Made by a program: the position numbers and the translations under genes. From TPA_inf: Saccharomyces (lineage: Eukaryota), in contig BK006942.2 of NCBI GenBank assembly GCA_000146045.2, forward strand, positions 64,001 through 128,000: a stretch of DNA of 64,000 nt, in the 5' to 3' direction. Below are positions 56,901 to 64,000 of this stretch, one piece after another; position 1 is the first letter of the stretch; every line of letters starts with the position of its first letter. The notes under the pieces are model-generated. The model made no database searches. It had not been told where the DNA came from and saw only the letters and a program-made list of their open reading frames with translations.

Positions 56901-58071
56901 TGATGACAAAGCAGAATTAGATGACGATGAGTTAAACGATACTTTGGCCAGAAGCGCTGATGAAAAAATACTATTTGATAAAATTGATAAGGAGAGAATG
57001 AACCAAGAAAGAGCAGATGCTAAAGCGCAAGGCCTGAGAGTCCCTCCTCCTAGATTGATTCAATTAGACGAGCTACCCAAAGTATTCAGAGAAGACATTG
57101 AAGAACATTTCAAGAAAGAGGATTCTGAACCATTGGGAAGGATTAGACAAAAGAAAAGAGTTTACTATGATGACGGTCTAACTGAAGAACAATTTTTGGA
57201 GGCTGTAGAAGATGATAATATGTCTTTAGAAGATGCCATTAAAAAAAGACGTGAAGCACGTGAAAGAAGGAGATTACGTCAAAATGGTACAAAAGAGAAT
57301 GAAATAGAAACCCTGGAAAACACGCCTGAAGCATCCGAAACTTCATTGATTGAGAACAATAGCTTCACTGCAGCTGTGGATGAGGAAACTAATGCTGATA
57401 AAGAGACTACAGCTTCCAGGTCAAAACGCCGGAGTAGTAGAAAGAAAAGGACCATTAGCATTGTTACGGCAGAAGACAAAGAGAATACTCAAGAAGAGAG
57501 TACATCTCAAGAAAACGGGGGCGCTAAGGTGGAAGAGGAAGTAAAAAGTAGCTCCGTTGAAATTATAAATGGTTCAGAATCCAAGAAAAAGAAACCGAAA
57601 CTGACCGTCAAGATCAAACTAAACAAAACAACTGTGTTGGAGAATAATGATGGTAAGCGAGCAGAAGAAAAGCCAGAGAGTAAATCGCCCGCGAAGAAGA
57701 CTGCAGCCAAAAAAACTAAAACTAAATCCAAGTCGCTTGGGATTTTTCCCACGGTGGAAAAATTGGTGGAAGAAATGCGCGAACAGTTAGATGAGGTAGA
57801 CTCCCATCCAAGGACGTCCATTTTTGAAAAGCTTCCTTCGAAACGCGACTATCCGGACTATTTTAAAGTAATTGAAAAACCCATGGCCATTGATATTATA
57901 TTGAAAAACTGCAAGAATGGCACTTACAAAACTTTGGAGGAGGTAAGGCAAGCCTTACAAACGATGTTTGAAAATGCTAGATTCTATAATGAAGAGGGAT
58001 CCTGGGTTTACGTTGATGCTGACAAGTTAAATGAGTTTACTGATGAATGGTTCAAGGAACACTCTTCGTAA
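53992..58071 (+). CDS. STH1: RSC chromatin-remodeling complex Snf2-family ATPase with C-terminal bromodomain (1359 aa)
   Basis: ATG at 53992. Walker A LADEMGLGKTIQ, DEGH box (IIDEGHRMKN), helicase C motifs, and a C-terminal bromodomain (…PDYFKVIEKPMAIDIILKNCKNGTYKTLEEVRQALQTMFENARFYNEEGS…). 1359 aa. Confidence 0.96.
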   Translation: MLQEQSELMSTVMNNTPTTVAALAAVAAASETNGKLGSEEQPEITIPKPRSSAQLEQLLYRYRAIQNHPKENKLEIKAIEDTFRNISRDQDIYETKLDTLRKSIDKGFQYDEDLLNKHLVALQLLEKDTDVPDYFLDLPDTKNDNTTAIEVDYSEKKPIKISADFNAKAKSLGLESKFSNATKTALGDPDTEIRISARISNRINELERLPANLGTYSLDDCLEFITKDDLSSRMDTFKIKALVELKSLKLLTKQKSIRQKLINNVASQAHHNIPYLRDSPFTAAAQRSVQIRSKVIVPQTVRLAEELERQQLLEKRKKERNLHLQKINSIIDFIKERQSEQWSRQERCFQFGRLGASLHNQMEKDEQKRIERTAKQRLAALKSNDEEAYLKLLDQTKDTRITQLLRQTNSFLDSLSEAVRAQQNEAKILHGEEVQPITDEEREKTDYYEVAHRIKEKIDKQPSILVGGTLKEYQLRGLEWMVSLYNNHLNGILADEMGLGKTIQSISLITYLYEVKKDIGPFLVIVPLSTITNWTLEFEKWAPSLNTIIYKGTPNQRHSLQHQIRVGNFDVLLTTYEYIIKDKSLLSKHDWAHMIIDEGHRMKNAQSKLSFTISHYYRTRNRLILTGTPLQNNLPELWALLNFVLPKIFNSAKTFEDWFNTPFANTGTQEKLELTEEETLLIIRRLHKVLRPFLLRRLKKEVEKDLPDKVEKVIKCKLSGLQQQLYQQMLKHNALFVGAGTEGATKGGIKGLNNKIMQLRKICNHPFVFDEVEGVVNPSRGNSDLLFRVAGKFELLDRVLPKFKASGHRVLMFFQMTQVMDIMEDFLRMKDLKYMRLDGSTKTEERTEMLNAFNAPDSDYFCFLLSTRAGGLGLNLQTADTVIIFDTDWNPHQDLQAQDRAHRIGQKNEVRILRLITTDSVEEVILERAMQKLDIDGKVIQAGKFDNKSTAEEQEAFLRRLIESETNRDDDDKAELDDDELNDTLARSADEKILFDKIDKERMNQERADAKAQGLRVPPPRLIQLDELPKVFREDIEEHFKKEDSEPLGRIRQKKRVYYDDGLTEEQFLEAVEDDNMSLEDAIKKRREARERRRLRQNGTKENEIETLENTPEASETSLIENNSFTAAVDEETNADKETTASRSKRRSSRKKRTISIVTAEDKENTQEESTSQENGGAKVEEEVKSSSVEIINGSESKKKKPKLTVKIKLNKTTVLENNDGKRAEEKPESKSPAKKTAAKKTKTKSKSLGIFPTVEKLVEEMREQLDEVDSHPRTSIFEKLPSKRDYPDYFKVIEKPMAIDIILKNCKNGTYKTLEEVRQALQTMFENARFYNEEGSWVYVDADKLNEFTDEWFKEHSS

Positions 58072-58368
58072 CGTTTTCATCACCACATGTTTTTTTTTTT
58101 TACGACTATATCCCTTTCCCCTCTAATACTCTTTCTAGCCTTTTTTTCTACCTCTACATATGTTTATAAAATATATACCACTGTAACAATAAGATCGACA
58201 GAGCGAATATAATTCTTTGAGTAACTAATATCCTTTGGCTTATTCTCTGGGCTTATTAGTGCCGCAAAATAATTACCCGGCGGCGATGGACCAGTTAGCT
58301 TCGACCGTTTGCGATTCCGGGGCTAAGGAAGGGGCCTCTGCAAATAAGAAAGAGGCATTACACATAAA

Positions 58369-58376
58369 TGATTGGC
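58369..58376 (-). promoter_or_regulatory. CCAAT box (TGATTGGC; HAP2/3/4/5-type) ~315 bp upstream of KGD1
   Basis: aaatgATTGGcaaag. KGD1 is a respiratory gene of the HAP regulon, and the motif resembles the TNATTGGT HAP consensus. Confidence 0.4.
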
Positions 58377-58688
58377 AAAGGGACTGCGGGAGTCAAGACC
58401 TACATGTAAGTCCGATTTACGATAACGGTTTAGATTCATTGGGTGTGTACTATTTATACTTTAACAAACCCGTGTGTTATTTAATAAGATCATATCTTGT
58501 TTGTTTTTCGCCCTCAATTTTGTTTCTGTCACATAGTCGCAGCAGCTGAATATAGATAGGAAGAGAGAAGGAAGCGATTCTCGTTCAGCATCATACTTCT
58601 TCCTAATTTCCCCAAATTAAAGTTTCGTTTGAAAGAAACAACAAAAGAGAAAGAAAGCAGTTTTTAGAAAATACTAAATTTTACCGTT

Positions 58689-61600
58689 ATGCTAAGGTTC
58701 GTGTCTTCGCAAACCTGCCGGTATAGTTCAAGAGGACTATTAAAAACATCTTTACTTAAAAATGCATCTACTGTCAAAATTGTCGGAAGAGGGTTAGCCA
58801 CCACTGGTACAGATAATTTTCTATCGACATCAAATGCCACCTATATCGATGAAATGTACCAAGCTTGGCAAAAAGACCCATCTTCAGTCCATGTTTCATG
58901 GGACGCATATTTCAAGAATATGTCTAACCCAAAGATTCCAGCTACAAAGGCTTTTCAGGCTCCTCCCAGTATCAGTAACTTTCCCCAGGGTACCGAAGCA
59001 GCTCCCTTAGGGACCGCAATGACTGGTTCAGTAGATGAGAACGTCTCCATTCATCTAAAAGTGCAATTGCTATGTAGAGCTTACCAAGTTAGAGGTCATT
59101 TAAAAGCCCATATAGATCCTTTAGGGATCTCATTTGGTAGTAATAAAAATAACCCTGTTCCTCCGGAATTGACTCTAGACTACTACGGCTTTAGCAAACA
59201 CGATCTTGATAAAGAAATCAACCTAGGACCTGGTATCCTGCCAAGGTTTGCAAGGGACGGGAAATCTAAAATGTCTCTGAAAGAGATTGTGGATCATCTA
59301 GAAAAGTTATATTGTTCCTCTTATGGGGTACAATACACACATATTCCATCTAAGCAAAAGTGTGATTGGTTAAGAGAGAGAATTGAGATTCCTGAACCTT
59401 ACCAATATACAGTGGACCAAAAGAGACAAATCTTAGATAGATTAACATGGGCCACTTCTTTTGAGTCATTCTTATCTACAAAATTTCCAAATGATAAGAG
59501 GTTCGGTTTAGAAGGTTTGGAAAGTGTTGTTCCAGGTATTAAAACTTTGGTTGATCGTTCTGTTGAATTGGGTGTAGAAGATATTGTTTTGGGTATGGCT
59601 CACCGTGGTAGATTGAACGTTTTATCCAATGTGGTCCGTAAACCAAATGAATCTATTTTTTCTGAATTTAAGGGTTCGAGCGCTCGCGATGATATTGAAG
59701 GATCGGGTGATGTCAAGTACCATTTGGGTATGAACTACCAAAGACCAACTACGTCTGGTAAGTACGTCAATTTATCGCTGGTGGCAAATCCTTCTCATTT
59801 AGAATCCCAAGATCCAGTTGTTCTTGGTAGAACTAGAGCTTTATTGCATGCCAAGAACGATTTGAAGGAAAAAACAAAGGCCTTAGGTGTGTTATTACAT
59901 GGTGATGCTGCTTTTGCTGGGCAGGGTGTTGTTTATGAAACCATGGGTTTCTTGACCCTACCAGAATACTCTACTGGTGGTACTATTCATGTTATTACAA
60001 ACAACCAGATCGGATTCACTACGGATCCAAGATTTGCAAGGTCCACACCATATCCTTCCGATTTGGCTAAGGCCATTGATGCCCCAATTTTCCATGTTAA
60101 CGCTAATGACGTGGAAGCTGTGACCTTTATTTTCAATTTAGCCGCAGAATGGAGACATAAGTTCCACACAGATGCCATAATTGATGTCGTTGGTTGGAGA
60201 AAACATGGACATAATGAAACCGATCAGCCATCGTTTACTCAACCATTAATGTACAAAAAAATTGCAAAACAAAAATCTGTCATTGACGTCTATACGGAAA
60301 AATTGATAAGTGAAGGCACATTTTCTAAAAAAGATATTGATGAGCACAAGAAATGGGTATGGAACTTATTTGAAGATGCTTTCGAAAAGGCAAAGGATTA
60401 CGTCCCATCTCAAAGAGAATGGTTAACTGCTGCCTGGGAAGGATTCAAATCCCCAAAGGAATTGGCCACTGAGATATTACCACATGAACCAACTAATGTT
60501 CCAGAGAGTACTTTGAAAGAACTAGGTAAGGTACTCTCTTCGTGGCCAGAAGGTTTTGAAGTGCACAAAAATCTAAAGAGAATTTTGAAAAATAGAGGAA
60601 AATCTATTGAGACAGGTGAAGGCATCGATTGGGCCACCGGTGAAGCATTAGCGTTCGGTACATTGGTTTTGGATGGTCAGAACGTTAGGGTTTCCGGTGA
60701 AGATGTAGAAAGAGGTACATTTTCTCAACGTCATGCAGTCTTGCATGACCAACAATCTGAAGCCATTTACACACCGCTAAGCACTCTGAATAATGAAAAG
60801 GCAGACTTCACCATTGCAAATTCCTCGTTATCTGAGTACGGTGTAATGGGTTTCGAATATGGTTATTCGCTAACCTCCCCAGATTATCTAGTCATGTGGG
60901 AGGCTCAATTCGGTGACTTTGCAAATACAGCACAGGTTATTATTGACCAATTTATTGCCGGTGGTGAACAAAAATGGAAGCAACGCTCTGGTTTAGTTTT
61001 GTCTTTACCCCATGGTTATGATGGCCAGGGGCCAGAACATTCGTCTGGTAGATTGGAAAGATTCTTGCAACTAGCCAATGAAGACCCAAGATATTTCCCA
61101 TCTGAAGAAAAGCTACAGAGACAACATCAGGATTGTAATTTCCAGGTTGTTTATCCAACTACGCCTGCTAATTTATTCCACATTCTAAGGAGACAGCAAC
61201 ATCGTCAATTCCGTAAACCATTGGCGTTATTCTTTTCTAAACAGCTGCTGCGTCACCCATTGGCCAGATCATCTCTTTCCGAATTCACTGAAGGCGGATT
61301 CCAATGGATTATCGAAGATATTGAACATGGAAAAAGTATTGGTACGAAAGAGGAAACCAAGAGATTAGTTTTGCTGAGTGGCCAAGTGTACACTGCCCTA
61401 CATAAAAGACGTGAAAGTTTGGGTGATAAGACCACTGCTTTCTTAAAGATTGAACAGCTGCACCCATTCCCATTTGCTCAGCTACGTGATTCATTAAATT
61501 CTTATCCAAACTTGGAAGAAATTGTTTGGTGCCAGGAAGAGCCATTGAACATGGGTTCGTGGGCATACACAGAACCACGCTTACACACAACATTAAAAGA

Positions 61601-61733
61601 AACGGATAAATATAAGGATTTCAAGGTCAGATACTGTGGTAGAAACCCAAGTGGTGCTGTTGCTGCCGGTAGCAAATCACTACATTTGGCCGAAGAAGAT
61701 GCCTTTTTGAAAGATGTTTTCCAACAATCCTAA
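58689..61733 (+). CDS. KGD1: Mitochondrial 2-oxoglutarate dehydrogenase E1 component (1014 aa)
   Basis: ATG at 58689. N-terminal presequence, then a TPP-dependent E1 fold (…HRGRLNVL…, …[17 protein letters not shown]…). 1014 aa. Confidence 0.96.
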   Translation: MLRFVSSQTCRYSSRGLLKTSLLKNASTVKIVGRGLATTGTDNFLSTSNATYIDEMYQAWQKDPSSVHVSWDAYFKNMSNPKIPATKAFQAPPSISNFPQGTEAAPLGTAMTGSVDENVSIHLKVQLLCRAYQVRGHLKAHIDPLGISFGSNKNNPVPPELTLDYYGFSKHDLDKEINLGPGILPRFARDGKSKMSLKEIVDHLEKLYCSSYGVQYTHIPSKQKCDWLRERIEIPEPYQYTVDQKRQILDRLTWATSFESFLSTKFPNDKRFGLEGLESVVPGIKTLVDRSVELGVEDIVLGMAHRGRLNVLSNVVRKPNESIFSEFKGSSARDDIEGSGDVKYHLGMNYQRPTTSGKYVNLSLVANPSHLESQDPVVLGRTRALLHAKNDLKEKTKALGVLLHGDAAFAGQGVVYETMGFLTLPEYSTGGTIHVITNNQIGFTTDPRFARSTPYPSDLAKAIDAPIFHVNANDVEAVTFIFNLAAEWRHKFHTDAIIDVVGWRKHGHNETDQPSFTQPLMYKKIAKQKSVIDVYTEKLISEGTFSKKDIDEHKKWVWNLFEDAFEKAKDYVPSQREWLTAAWEGFKSPKELATEILPHEPTNVPESTLKELGKVLSSWPEGFEVHKNLKRILKNRGKSIETGEGIDWATGEALAFGTLVLDGQNVRVSGEDVERGTFSQRHAVLHDQQSEAIYTPLSTLNNEKADFTIANSSLSEYGVMGFEYGYSLTSPDYLVMWEAQFGDFANTAQVIIDQFIAGGEQKWKQRSGLVLSLPHGYDGQGPEHSSGRLERFLQLANEDPRYFPSEEKLQRQHQDCNFQVVYPTTPANLFHILRRQQHRQFRKPLALFFSKQLLRHPLARSSLSEFTEGGFQWIIEDIEHGKSIGTKEETKRLVLLSGQVYTALHKRRESLGDKTTAFLKIEQLHPFPFAQLRDSLNSYPNLEEIVWCQEEPLNMGSWAYTEPRLHTTLKETDKYKDFKVRYCGRNPSGAVAAGSKSLHLAEEDAFLKDVFQQS

Positions 61734-62203
61734 AGATGAATTCAAATATGAAAAACATGAAAATACAGCCATATAAACACGTAATATTTTTACCTTAATG
61801 TTTATGGACAGCCTTTTTACTTGAAGAATGATCTAACAAATATTTTTTTTGATACATTCACATTTTTTTTTTGTTCATGATGTTAGCATCTGCTTAGTCT
61901 TTTTAAAATTATTTAATTTAACGTTTTATTTATGTGAACCTTTTTTTATTAGTTGTATTTACTATTTATTCAAGAATCATTCTTTACTTTATATTGATAT
62001 CGTTTTTTTCCCCCTACTTCCTCCTCTGGTGTATTCACAGCTAGGTGCTTCTCTTGTCCTCATCCGGTGGAGAAAAAAAGTGAAAAATAAGTCAATGGAA
62101 AGGGGGAAGGGGGTAGGTAAATAGAGTGAATAAGTTTTATTCATCATGCCCAACTTCTATTAATATATACTCAATTCAAATATTGATCAGGATTTCAAAG
62201 AGT

Positions 62204-63097
62204 ATGTCGGAGTTACAGTCACAACCTAAAAAGATTGCCGTTGTTACAGGCGCCTCAGGTGGTATTGGATATGAGGTAACGAAGGAATTAGCCAGAAATG
62301 GCTATTTGGTTTATGCATGTGCAAGAAGACTAGAACCAATGGCACAATTGGCCATCCAATTTGGTAACGATAGTATCAAACCATATAAGTTGGATATTTC
62401 CAAGCCAGAAGAAATTGTAACATTTTCTGGTTTTTTGCGAGCTAATTTACCTGATGGTAAATTAGATTTATTGTACAACAATGCCGGTCAGAGTTGTACA
62501 TTCCCTGCATTGGATGCAACAGATGCTGCAGTAGAACAATGCTTTAAGGTCAATGTGTTTGGTCATATCAACATGTGCCGTGAATTGTCGGAGTTCCTTA
62601 TTAAAGCGAAAGGAACCATTGTCTTCACTGGTTCCTTGGCAGGAGTTGTGTCATTCCCCTTTGGTAGCATTTATTCCGCTTCTAAAGCTGCTATCCACCA
62701 ATATGCTCGTGGGTTACATCTAGAGATGAAGCCCTTCAACGTGAGAGTGATTAACGCTATTACTGGCGGTGTGGCTACTGATATCGCTGATAAAAGGCCC
62801 TTGCCTGAAACCTCAATATACAACTTCCCTGAAGGTAGGGAAGCTTTTAATTCAAGAAAAACCATGGCTAAGGACAATAAGCCCATGCCAGCTGATGCGT
62901 ACGCAAAGCAACTGGTTAAAGATATCTTGAGCACTAGTGACCCTGTAGATGTTTATAGAGGAACGTTCGCCAACATCATGCGTTTTGTCATGATATTTGT
63001 TCCTTACTGGCTATTGGAAAAAGGACTTTCCAAAAAATTTAAATTGGACAAAGTTAATAATGCTTTGAAGTCGAAACAGAAGAATAAGGACGATTAG
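62204..63097 (+). CDS. AYR1: NADPH-dependent 1-acyl-dihydroxyacetone-phosphate reductase, SDR family (297 aa)
   Basis: The ORF-track start 62126 is GTG. The first ATG is at 62204 (MSELQSQPKKIAVVTGASGGIGYEV = Rossmann TGxxxGxG), with the catalytic YSASK (YxxxK). 297 aa. Confidence 0.92.
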   Translation: MSELQSQPKKIAVVTGASGGIGYEVTKELARNGYLVYACARRLEPMAQLAIQFGNDSIKPYKLDISKPEEIVTFSGFLRANLPDGKLDLLYNNAGQSCTFPALDATDAAVEQCFKVNVFGHINMCRELSEFLIKAKGTIVFTGSLAGVVSFPFGSIYSASKAAIHQYARGLHLEMKPFNVRVINAITGGVATDIADKRPLPETSIYNFPEGREAFNSRKTMAKDNKPMPADAYAKQLVKDILSTSDPVDVYRGTFANIMRFVMIFVPYWLLEKGLSKKFKLDKVNNALKSKQKNKDD

Positions 63098-63853
63098 TGT
63101 TTCACCATCGTCAATAGCTACCTATATTTATATACAAGATTCCGTATAGTTTGTACACCACGTCAGGACATCAATAGCTAATAATCGTTCTAATGCTAAT
63201 GTTCAACTGCTCTTTAAGTATTGTTTACGTCTCGTCGTACCAGTATGCCAAATTCCTGTCACTTCACTCATTCTCTTTGCTCTTACCGTTTGAAACGCGC
63301 TGGGACGGAATTCGCTCATTTCGCATCGTGCTTTGTTGTTTTTTTTTTTTCAAAATTGCCATTGTTTATTTATAAACTACATGAAATTATTCTGTATTTA
63401 TCTTCGCATTCCCTCTCTTACTTCAAAAGTGAGAACAGCATATTCAAATATATATATCTACTCAGTTGAATAAGACACTATAGCAAGACCATTTGAACTG
63501 AAAGAAACAGTTTCTTTGCTCCCCTCTCGAATTCCAACTATTTACAGTCCTTCCTTTATAAAAATTAACTAGCGAGCAAGAAAACATTTGTTTAGTGCTA
63601 CCCAACTACTTACATTCCTTTAAAAACCACAATATTTAAGTTAACCTGAGCTTTATTTTTAGTAAGTTATTTACCACAATTTTTCTCATACACCTTTACA
63701 ATCCGTATTGCCATGAATACCAAGGCTTGCTCAGCTTCTGCAGCAGTTCAACCCTTTCCAATACCGCCAATGCGTCCTCAAAACGTTAGTTTAGTCGTGC
63801 TCAACCGCTATTTTTGGTTTTATCTTCGTTTCTTTCTCCTGAACGACATTCGT

Positions 63854-63934
63854 CACGAAAATTGCGGCGGAAAATTTCCTGATGCGGACACTTTTTCCCG
63901 ATCCGGACATGCCTTTTTTTGGCGTTTCGCGTCA
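63854..63934 (+). promoter_or_regulatory. SCB-like motifs (CACGAAA at 63854..63860; CGCGAAA revcomp at ~63926..63934) at the 3' window edge, presumably promoter of the next downstream gene
   Basis: cgtCACGAAAattgcggcgg and tTTTCGCGTCagtc. The next gene on chrIX after AYR1 is, by my recollection, the G1-expressed SUN-family gene SIM1, which starts just outside the window. Confidence 0.35.
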
Positions 63935-64000
63935 GTCAATAGAAGTTTCAGATCTACATTAGGAAGAACCAGAAAATAGCCATTAATGCTTTCAGCATAG

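Noticed and set aside
58235-58549. 104-aa ORF in the STH1-KGD1 intergenic region.
   Set aside because: It starts at a TTG in the ORF track. It sits inside the 617-bp KGD1 promoter, which contains the CCAAT box, and has no domain signature. It is more likely regulatory DNA.

Overview
This window reads as ordinary, densely packed Saccharomyces cerevisiae nuclear DNA. It is AT-rich, has compact intergenic spacers, and contains spliceosomal introns with a TACTAAC branch point. The gene content and order match the left arm of chromosome IX, from YIL149C (MLP2, truncated at the window start) to YIL124W (AYR1). That corresponds to roughly chrIX 64-128 kb, placed from my recollection of the SLN1 coordinates, so treat the absolute position as approximate.

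I can support 26 protein-coding genes by their translated hallmark motifs and sizes:
- MLP2 (partial), RPL40A (ubiquitin-L40 fusion, with an 8-nt first exon plus intron), SLN1, ATG32/ECM37, PAN6, NDC80/TID3, SSL2/RAD25, CCT2, AXL2
- REV7, TPM2, TMA108, OM45, VHS2, FLX1, RPL16A (with a 31-nt first exon plus intron), CSM2, FKH1, ASG1
- TAO3, MET18, RRT14, STH1, KGD1, AYR1

There is also a likely box C/D snoRNA (snR68) between VHS2 and FLX1.

Several ORF-track entries start at TTG or GTG rather than ATG. Using the first in-frame ATG reproduces the known protein lengths for AXL2, TAO3, MET18 and AYR1. PAN6 is different, because it has a real in-frame upstream ATG.

I found no tRNA genes, Ty elements or LTRs, CRISPR arrays, prokaryote-style islands or foreign-looking composition. 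I see no evidence for a novel or undescribed system here, and it looks like well-annotated core yeast chromosome.

The second-look items are small-scale:
- non-consensus 5' splice sites in both ribosomal-protein introns
- a poly-Asn-encoding (AAC/AAT)n tract in ASG1, and a pure (AAT)~20 microsatellite just downstream of it
- a 51-bp tandem duplication inside TAO3
- an A12 homopolymer inside the RRT14 CDS
- promoter motif clusters: PAC+RRPE and twin Cbf1 E-boxes at RRT14/STH1, MCB/SCB at AXL2 and at the window's 3' end, STRE+TATA at OM45, CCAAT at KGD1, and a GATA triplet at ATG32
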